This document shows positions 55,241 to 64,000 of a stretch of DNA of 64,000 nucleotides, piece by piece. The position numbers and the translations under genes were made by a program. The DNA is taken from contig NC_090600.1 of the NCBI RefSeq assembly GCF_000497125.1, positions 1,447,197-1,511,196 of the forward strand, read 5' to 3'. A model generated the notes under the pieces. It saw only the letters and a program-made list of their open reading frames with translations. It made no database searches and was not told the origin of the DNA. The stretch comes from Spironucleus salmonicida. Lineage: Eukaryota. Each line of letters opens with the position of its first letter. The stretch's first letter is position 1.

Positions 55241-55457
55241 ATGAAAATAATTATAGATAGACTAGAATGCGATTTACCTAATCAGCCTAATTCTGACATG
55301 CTTATAACAATGAAAAATGTATTAATGTCTCTTAAAACATAAAGTAATATTGCCTTAGAATTTGAATCAGATTAATATAAAAATTTGGTCATTCTCTCAG
55401 TCATCGTTTCATATATTTCCAAGTTAAAGCAAATCTAGGAGTTAGTAATGTCGCATA
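55241..55457 (+). pseudogene. 5' fragment (about 72 codons) of XPD-like helicase
   Basis: Duplicate of 52529-52745. Homology stops at 55457. Confidence 0.8.
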
Positions 55458-55508
55458 CAAAATTAAATGAATACTTATGTTTAGTTAAAATTCAATCAAT
55501 ATAAACAT

Positions 55509-56258
55509 TCATTAACCAATGCTGTTAATATCTATATCTAGAATAATTCCATAAAGTCCAATAAAGTATAAACACTATATTAATTTATTATTTTACCATT
55601 CCACCGTAATTTTCCTTATACAACTTCCTGATACGACACCAAGCGAATATAAATCCCAGTATTCTTCTAACTTATGAGTTTATCCAAATTCAATCTACGG
55701 TAAAGTTAATTCTTATCCATCACATTGAGTGATATTAATATTAAAATATTTTGGAGCATTAACTCTATTATTTATTGGATGACCGATAATTAAATATCTT
55801 AAATATCCTGGATAAAGCAAAATCTATGTTTGACCATATTCGACAGTTGGATAACAAGACTCATAACTTTTAACATTAATTAGTGTCGGATTCCTATATT
55901 AACCTCTTGCCTATTTCTTTGTATATTTAACAGCTCTGTTTAATAACTGAAGATTATCAACTATATAATCTATTGAATCTGCACTTATTGTATTCAAAGA
56001 TTTAAACTTAATATGTGCTCTTTGCTATTGCATCTGAGTAGGTAGAAATATTTAATCATATTATATATCCATTTAAGGATGTAATACATAAATTAAGCTA
56101 AAAAGTGTTATGCAAAAGAATAGAAGATTTTACACTAAGTAATTTTTTTAAGTTTATTAAACTTATTCGGGATTATATTCATACGAAGACAGTATCAATT
56201 CAATTTCAGAGAGTTATCTAGAATCATTTAGATTCATTATTTAATAATCTGTATTCAT
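55509..56258 (-). CDS. Candidate SUN-domain membrane protein
   Basis: N-terminal TM (LLFFCITLFSLIYVL), then SCY, IIGHP....NAPKYF.I and I.VEW.N....CLYFIGLYG resembling SUN (CW.F / EH...SAPK.F / SNWG...CLYRFRVHG). Confidence 0.6.
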
Positions 56259-56704
56259 ATTATATATAAAACTTCAAATTTATAATTATTACGCAACTTA
56301 CACAAGCTACAAACTCATAAATTTTGTCGTTTAAGATAATTGGATTGCTAAATTTAATTTATAATGTAAACTTGAGTTGCAAAATACAATAAAATTCAAT
56401 TATGAGTAAGTTAAATATGTATATAGTTCTATGTTATAATTTCAATAAGAAATTAATAAAAATAACTTTTAGGGATACTATAAAGCTTTTATAAATACTA
56501 TTTAGTTTAAATAAAGATCTTCTAAGTTTCATTATACTAGTAGTAGAATTTAATGAGGATCATATTCTTTAATTATATAAAGATGTACTCAATAGTCATG
56601 CACTATCCACTAATTCTATTGTCATAGACTGAGTTTATGGAAAACCATTCAATTAAATATGTACATTTAATTATATTAATAAAGTCTTATCTAAAAAATC
56701 CTAA

Positions 56705-57046
56705 TCATTTCTTTTTCAAACCAAGATCTTTCGATACACATGCTGCTTTCATAGCATCATTTGGCGTAAATCCTCCGTCACGGACGCATTTCATGCGTAG
56801 TTTATGCCCTGATCCCTTCATATGTTGCTACAAATTATGGTCAGATATAAAGTGCTAGTCACAGAATATGCAATAATTTTTACCCTCACCTGGTAAAAAT
56901 GGATCTGGTGCTTTATTCTCAATTGCTTCTAACTACTCAGGTGTTAATCTTTCTAATACTTAGTCTGGCATTAACTTAGCAGTATCATGTTTACGATTGT
57001 ATTTGGTCTTTGAACGAGAATGATTCTTTCCACGTGTAGTTGCCAT
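56705..57046 (-). CDS. BUD20: Bud20/ZNF593 zinc-finger 60S ribosome export factor
   Basis: DQV...L, DPFLPGEGKNYCIFCDQHF......QH.KG..HK.RMK and FT..DA..AA. Confidence 0.9.
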
Positions 57047-57116
57047 TTTAAAGTGTTATATGGAAAGAAAGAAATTAATTAATTAATGAATATATGTTAA
57101 ATATACTATAAATAAA

Positions 57117-59096
57117 ATGAATAAAGCATAATCAAACATAATTTTTAGTTTGTTGTTTAATGATGAATAATTTACAATATTACCAAGCCTAGTAAAATTA
57201 GATAACTATTTATAATTGCTATTTATTAAAAAATCACTATCAGATATTCTACCTAACCCTCCATAAATATATAACCCGAACATTCTTTAATGTTTCCCAC
57301 TTACTGAAAATGTAGAACTAGTAACTGAAATATATAATATTATATTTTAATAATTTCTAATAAGGAAAACTATGAATCAAGATATCATATGCTATAAAAA
57401 TTTAGCAAAGTTATTTGATTTAGTTCATTTTTTAAAGATATAAGATAATAACTCAACAATTACATCTTAAATTGAATCATATACTTCATAATATTTAGAT
57501 GTTGTGCTTTTTGCTAGCAATACTTGCTAACGTATCGATGAAATTTATGAAAAAATTCTATATTTGACTGAAAATTTTAGTGTTGATAAATGTTAAAAAT
57601 AATTAAATATTTGCAGAAAATCTCAATAAAAGATAGATAATAAATACGAACTAGATACTTTTCTGACAATATCTAAAGAATGCATGAAATAATATAAATT
57701 AATTTTCAGAGATTATATTTTATAAAACTAAAAAGATAAAAACTATCATTGTGATATCTTGGTTACAACTAAATAATTTTCGATTACAAATTCTAGTATA
57801 CAATCAGTTTATACAGCAAAATCTATGTCAATCAAAACATACAAAGAAGAAATTTAAAATTAGATTTTAGATACGATGTAGACCTTTTTACAAATTTTTA
57901 ATTACTACTAAATTATAAATTTCTAGCAGTTTATTCCAATTTTAAAGAAGTAACTAAAGGGAGTATCACTACCTAAAATATTATTCATGAAGTATAAAAT
58001 CAACACAAGAGTCATCAAAAAATCGCTCGATGCTGATATATAAATTTTATCTAAAATTGCACAAATTCAAGAAAAAGCAGCATTTCAAATGATGTTACCA
58101 TTAAATAAAGATCTTATAACTATTTTTGGCCTCGAAACTAGTCCAAAAAACTGGATCAAATATCTTTAAAATATAAAAAAATTAATGGATTAAAAATACT
58201 TAAACCTCTCAAATTTTATTTTTTAAGCATAAAAAATCGAGGAATAATAGCGACTAGAAAGTGATATGATAAAAAGCTTTTTCGGTACTTCTTTGATTCG
58301 TGATGATATCCAAGCTACAGTTCGGAAGTACTTTTATTCTTACGAGCAATCGTTTGGTGTTGGACAAATTGAACGATTTCTTCCATAATCTAGAAACTTC
58401 CAATAACTTGATTTCAACCATATAAAGCTACTCTGTCAGGAGGCTGGCTTTAGAAATTTTGCAGAGTTCATTCAAAATGAGCTTGAATTGGCCCTTTTGG
58501 AGAAGTTTTAAGAATTTGGGTTTTCAGTAAGATTGAGAGACTTGCAAGGTATTTAAAGTGGGGTTGATATACAGGTTGTTTTTATTGCTTTAATTGATAA
58601 ATAATTCGGTGATTCCGCGCTACTGATGGAAACTTTACTAGCATTTAATTTAAAAACATTCTATAACTTAATTTTTTAAAATTTGCTTTTTAATAAGTCG
58701 TATAATACACTGAGTTTTGTATTCTAAGACTTAAATAACACTAATGTGACGTACCTGAACCGTTATACAAGCTTGGAAATTCTTTAAAAGTTGAGTAGAT
58801 TTGTACGGGCTTCTCCATGTCTATAGTAGTACTCAGTATTGTTTTTAGCTGAAAATATAAGCAGAAAGCTTATTTTGGATCTCATTAATGGGCTTTTCGA
58901 AGGATAGGATTATATGAAAATAGAAGTTAAAAATGAAAAAATTAAGAATAGGTTAATATTTTACTATTAGAAATATGATAAACTAGATGATCTCTATAGA
59001 GAGATGTTTGAATACTTAAAGTGTCTTATGATGACTTAAATCGATATAGACTTGAGTTGCAAAGTTAGTTATCTAAACTTCATAGGAAATGAGTGA
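57117..59096 (+). CDS. Hypothetical alpha-helical protein
   Basis: 659-aa table-6 ORF with the stop in GAGTGA. Family not recognised. Confidence 0.7.
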
Positions 59097-59110
59097 ATAT
59101 ATAATTGGAA

Positions 59111-59180
59111 ATGCCTCAGAATCACAAATACTAACCATGTAGTTGTCTTCAGACCGTCGTGATATGCTCATCAGTTAAAG
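59111..59180 (-). ncRNA. Box C/D snoRNA, U35/snR73-like (LSU rRNA 2'-O-methylation guide)
   Basis: On the minus strand: box C TGATGA (59173-59168), guide TCACGACGGTCT (59162-59151) complementary to conserved LSU AGACCGUCGUGA, and box D CTGA (59119-59116). It lies in an intergenic gap. The ends are approximate. Confidence 0.8.
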
Positions 59181-59249
59181 GAGCGGTGTGAAAAATTGTA
59201 TTCTTGCTTGTTTTATTATTATAATGGATTAGATATAATATTTATTTTA

Positions 59250-59810
59250 ATGTTTAAATAAATTGATGATTATTTGAGATGTTTCAGAATCACTTCTGAT
59301 GCGCCCATTCCCTTTGCAGTAAATGCCCATATTCCTTTACTTTTCTAATGTAGTTCTGATTATTTTACTTTCGTATATGATGCAACCAGCGTCATTACCA
59401 GATTTTCTTGTATTGAAAATTATTTAATTGATTAGGGAAAATAAGACTTATTTCTATCTTTTAGATAATATATTTCTTAAATTCAAATTCCAGATTCTCA
59501 TGTTTAATATTTTACTAGATTACAACTAATACGAGAAAACTAACCATATCTGCCCCGATTAGGCTCGATTATCTTAAACTTGTAAAAAGATTTAATAACA
59601 TTTAAATAGATCTTAAAATCATCATTAGGATCTTTTCAGGTGCGAGGTGTATTTTTAAGACCTGATATTTTATTTGATGATGATACACCATCAGAACTGA
59701 ACGATTTTTACCCAATCAGAGGCATAGAGTGGACAGTGAAGTCTTCATATAATGTACATGCTGGTAGTAATTAGTATTTTACAACTTTAACGATTAAAGA
59801 TTGGAAGTGA
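59250..59810 (+). CDS. Hypothetical protein
   Basis: 186-aa ORF with the stop in AAGTGA. Confidence 0.7.
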
Positions 59811-59832
59811 TATTCAGTCTAACACTCCAAAA

Positions 59833-60861
59833 ATGACAATTTTGAGTCGTTACGAAAAACAGATAAAATAAGATGTTATTCGTCCATACACATAATCTTA
59901 GTATGAAATTTAAGTAATAGATTTATAATAGCACTAACAAGCAGCCCTAGAAGCTTTATAATAGCAATAATCGGCTCCACCTATTTAATAATAATTCTAA
60001 CAACCTTTTGCTAACTCGCAGTAAGTACAATAAAAAACAAGTTAATTTTTACCATTTAAGAATGCTGAACCAGTAAGTATTCCATTATTTACGGCCTAAC
60101 CACTTCTACTAAATTTTTTGAAAATTTCTACAAAAATTAATACTTAAGATCCTGGAGAAGAGGCTAAAAAGTAAATTGGCAGATCAAAACGTATATCTTC
60201 TTTAGATAATATATCTGTTATCAATTCACTATTTCCTATTATTAAAACGCTTAACTCATCATAACTGTTTGAATTAACGTTAATATTCTGGGACACTTAT
60301 TTTAATGGCTCAAGAAATCTCGTCACTGAATCTGCTAGTATTTAGGCAAAGATGTAGGTACTCCCTATATTAATTAACAAATTGACAACTGAATTTAATT
60401 TTAACGTAGTTAATTTGATATTTGCTTATCTTTTAAAACATACACCCGTGATAGTAGGTGGATATAGGCAGTGTTCTTAAAACAATATTTAAGGGAGTTG
60501 CGCTATGTTTTGGATGGCGATTTTTACGGTTAAAGGTATCAGTGCGACTGCATTATACCAGTAGATTAGTAAATCTTGGATGTGGGTTTTGGAAGATATT
60601 GATAAAAAATAACCAGTAATAGCTGGTTAAAACGAAAGATCGTAAATATTATAGTGTATGTAAGGGGTTATATTTTTTATTAAAAATTAGCAGCAAGGTA
60701 TTGATAAATAATTGTTATTAAATGCATTTAATTATAATCCATTTCATGCCTAAAATTTACCACAGGCCAACAATTTTTTGGACTTTTTTAGTGTAATATT
60801 TTAAGGGCTAGATGAAAAAGCATAATATAATTATATGAGAGAGGATATTCAGTAATTATGA
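59833..60861 (+). CDS. Candidate divergent Gle1 mRNA export factor
   Basis: 342 aa. NLIFAYLLKHTPVIVGGY, IQGSCAMFWMAIF and SWMWV...D..QP are collinear with Gle1 C-terminal domain motifs as recalled. Confidence 0.5.
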
Positions 60862-60869
60862 GTAAAATT

Positions 60870-61199
60870 TCACTTCACTTGGCCAAATAATTTTTTAAAT
60901 AGCATTGCTACATTTTTATCTTCAAATTCTTCCATTTATTATTTAACTTCGTCAGAAGGTCCTTAGGATAACCTGCCACATGCTAACTCTCTAAGGCGTT
61001 TTTCTAAAATAGGCAAATTTCGTCCGTGCCTTGTTACTAAGCATTTGAATCCATCAGTATCCATGGCTTTTGAAATAGTAGCAGATCCTGCTGGATGCTT
61101 TGATGCATAATTTGTAATATCAAACACTACACCACCCATTATAATATGCTTTTTACCATTCTTATTCAATTCTTCTTGTTTCAACGTTGGGAGATTCAT
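60870..61199 (-). CDS. Soluble cytochrome b5
   Basis: IIMGGVVFDITNY...HPAG....A...D.......H, G.L. Both axial His are present and there is no TM tail. Confidence 0.92.
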
Positions 61200-61571
61200 T
61201 TTGTATATTTTTAATGATGAACATACTTATAATATAATATCAATAAATATCTTTATGTCCTGGTGCAAGTATAACTGTTAACACTTAATTAATAATCTAG
61301 TTTAAATTCTTCAATTGGTTGAAGCCGTCAATGACATTTTACAAACCCAATGGCTAAATTTCATTATAAAATTTAAGCTATTTTATAAAATTTTATATAC
61401 TATAATTTAATCTGGATTATTTGATAATAATATATTTTTTATAAAAACTAGCTGATTATTTATCATGGTTATAAAACTAACAGTTGCAGTTATCAAAAAC
61501 TATACTAATCTATTATATTTGTATAGATTTTTACTAAGTTATAGTCTAATACCAAATCTAGATTAAAAATC

Positions 61572-62294
61572 TCATTGACCCGAGCAAATACCCTTCTTCT
61601 TTTTCTTTGCTTTCTAACCATCCTACTCGATATCTTCTTCTTTTATACCCAATCCACCAAGTCTATTGATCTCATTTGCAGTTGCTTATTTTTCCTCTGG
61701 AATCACCGCAGAGACTACTTTTCTCTGATCAAGCATCATCTTTGTTAAATCCTATCCGATAAGTGCTCCAGCAGCGGAAACGAACATCATTTATACTCTA
61801 TCTCCGGTTCTAGCACTAAGCAAATAATGCTACTTAATATTTAATTTCTTTAAATACTCCTGAATATCACTTGCTCCAACAGTCCGCAGAGTCGTTAGAT
61901 CAGACTTATTTCCAACCAAAATACAGTGTGCTTCTGGAGCATATTGAGCTACCTTCTGATGCCATTCTGACATATTTAACAACGACTCCATGTTTGTGAG
62001 GTCAAAAACATAAATTATTAATTTAGCTCCGGACGCATATGTTTTAAGCATTTTAGACCCAACAGACTAACCACCAATATCAAATAAATTGAAAGATATC
62101 TCTTAATCAGTTGGTAACTGAATCGTTCTCGAAAAAAAATCTACTCCAAGAGTTTATTTATATTATTCCGCAAAAAAATCTTAACAAAATCTATTACAAA
62201 TGGATGATTTTCCAACAGAGCCATCACCTACTATTGCAACTTTAAATGATAAGGGTTAAGAATCTTAACCTGAAGAAGTGCTCTCATCTAGCAT
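61572..62294 (-). CDS. RAB28: Rab28 small GTPase
   Basis: GDGSVGKS, YKQTLGVDFF.R.I.LP, DIGGQSVGSKML..Y..GA, GNKSDL and SART, with C-terminal CaaX-like CSGQ. Confidence 0.88.
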
Positions 62295-62327
62295 TTTAAT
62301 ATATTACTATTATATGTAAATTAAAAA

Positions 62328-63977
62328 TCAAAATTCATTCTCTTCAGTTTCTAATTGTCCATCCAAATTATTATGATACTCCAACTCATTTTGAAGCGCT
62401 AGACATTCTTATACTTTTTATAAATATCTTTATTTACAAGCCTACGTCTAGACTTCTAGCAATTTTCCCCGCTCTTCAATAGAACTTCCTCTTGCACGGA
62501 GTAAATTAATCTGACTCACAGATAATTAATTATAATCTTAATATTCTAATTATAACCTATTATAATCATTTTCAATTAAACTGGCTCTTTAAGCTGTATT
62601 TCTTAAGAACTCTAACTCATTTTTATCAATTTAAACATACTCAATTTTTTATTAAAATTTCCAATTTTATACCTTAGCTATCTTAAGACTCTAAGACATC
62701 ATTTTGACGATTCGTAAACTATCACTATCTGAATCTGTTATATTACAAAATTAGTACATATACAATGGAACTTATCCTGTAAATGATGATTTCAATTCTG
62801 AAATGAACGGATTCGACAAGTTTGGATTTCCATTTCTGTCACTAGATAAAACTGCAACTACTTGTTTAATTTAGTTGAAAATTTAGTTGTTGGTATATTA
62901 TATGACTTTTGTGTACTACTAATAGGCATATTTTCGATCCGCATTCACCCATGCTGACTTTCCAACATCCTTAATAAGAAGCTGTTAATTAACCGATTTT
63001 TGTAAACAGGAACATTTCTACTCCTTTATCTTCTCTGCTAACGTTTACCCATTCGCCGAAATTCCTGATCTAGTCGACCTGAACATCGTCTTGTTGAGCT
63101 GCTCGAAAACATTTTAATTTCGTGATTTTGATAGTTCTACTGAGTTGCTCGGATACATCATTTGGCCTTTAATCGGGCCATTCTAAAGGAAAGAAAACTC
63201 ATTAGTTCCCTGCGTCAGTTGAATTTTGTAGTCGGTGCAGATTTTGGGAATTATTGCAATTTGGAAAAATGCCGTTTTCGAACAAAGTTGGTACTAATCT
63301 GTAGATACAATTTTAAGCTTCAAAATTGACGGTGTAGAAACACTGTATTTAACGACTTTTGGCATTATTTCTTAAAGAATTACATCGGGATGGGCTGGTT
63401 GGTTGAAAATGATATTTCTGGTTGTTATGCTTGTATCTATAAGAAGTATTGGTTCATATTGTTTATTCGCTAATGGGTTGCGTCTTTCCGTTTTTTATGT
63501 CTCGAAAATGTTGAATTCAATATTAATCTACTCAATTTTGTTGTATTATAGCGTAAGATATTCCAGTAATTTTGTAATTATTGACGGTCCATGGGGGCAA
63601 AATGCAAGTTCTACCGCCTCAGGAACTCTTTAATTTGGGGATGCATCTGGAATACGCTTCCGCTTCTATCCCATAACTGAATTATAGGTTGAAAAAAGCA
63701 GAATATTCTGGTCCTGGCCATCTGTTAGTTTTTCGAAAATTGGTGTCAAATCTTTTAATACTTAGATCGACTCTGTTGTTTCAGCATAAACATGTTTGAA
63801 CTTGTAAATTTCAGCTTCTTTTTCGGCTATTTTAGTATTTAGGGATTTTATATTTGAAGTTTTCTTGACTATTGCCAAATGCTCATCGTCTTATCTAAAT
63901 AAATTTATCATTTGGTTATTAAGCGCTCTAGAGGTAGAGGCAAAATCATCAGGAAGTAGTCTAATATTTGGGTGCAT
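62328..63977 (-). CDS. Highly divergent kinesin-like protein (degenerate motor + coiled coil)
   Basis: FKHVY......V...L.P....L.DG....ILLF, SII..LL..L, RSTRS, LLIKDVGKS, IKQVVAVL and L.SSFTG occur in kinesin order. There is no GxxGxGKT. Confidence 0.55.
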
Positions 63978-64000
63978 TTTAGATTTTACGAAATATAAAA

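Larger units (their letters stand above)
54551..55457. repeat. Direct repeat copy 2
   Basis: Matches 51839-52745. Contains the helicase 3' end, eIF4E copy 2 and a helicase 5' fragment. Confidence 0.95.

Noticed and set aside
51839-55457. LTR retrotransposon or composite transposon interpretation of the 0.9-kb direct repeats
   Set aside because: There are no TG..CA ends, no evident target-site duplication, and no gag/pol or transposase ORF. The repeats consist of host-type gene sequence.

Overview
This is a gene-dense, AT-rich eukaryotic genome segment with no introns needed for the gene models below. It uses a reassigned genetic code: TAA/TAG = Gln and TGA is the only stop (translation table 6). 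The supplied standard-code ORF track therefore shows only fragments. The code, the tiny intergenic gaps, the AGTGA motif on or next to many stops and the anaerobic gene set point to a Hexamitinae diplomonad (Spironucleus-like). That assignment is an inference. Re-reading with table 6 gives about 40 CDSs. Recognisable ones are a phosphohexomutase, an ADP-forming acyl-CoA synthetase, a copine/RGLG vWA protein, Vps29, RPB8, Myb and GARP factors, a Pcl-type cyclin, LysRS, a flavodiiron protein, Nup98, XMAP215, a MAP2K, DDB1, RING proteins, Bud20, cytochrome b5 and Rab28, plus one tRNA-Phe. The most notable observations are: (i) a 2,712-bp-period, about 1.33-unit head-to-tail cassette carrying an XPD/Rad3-like pseudo-helicase and two copies of a degenerate eIF4E; (ii) a U35/snR73-like box C/D snoRNA in an intergenic gap; (iii) a GC-rich RING-H2 + YEATS-like fusion; (iv) very divergent candidates for condensin II CAP-G2, Gle1 and a SUN protein; (v) several apparent pseudoenzymes. 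All product calls come from manual motif reading, not database searches.
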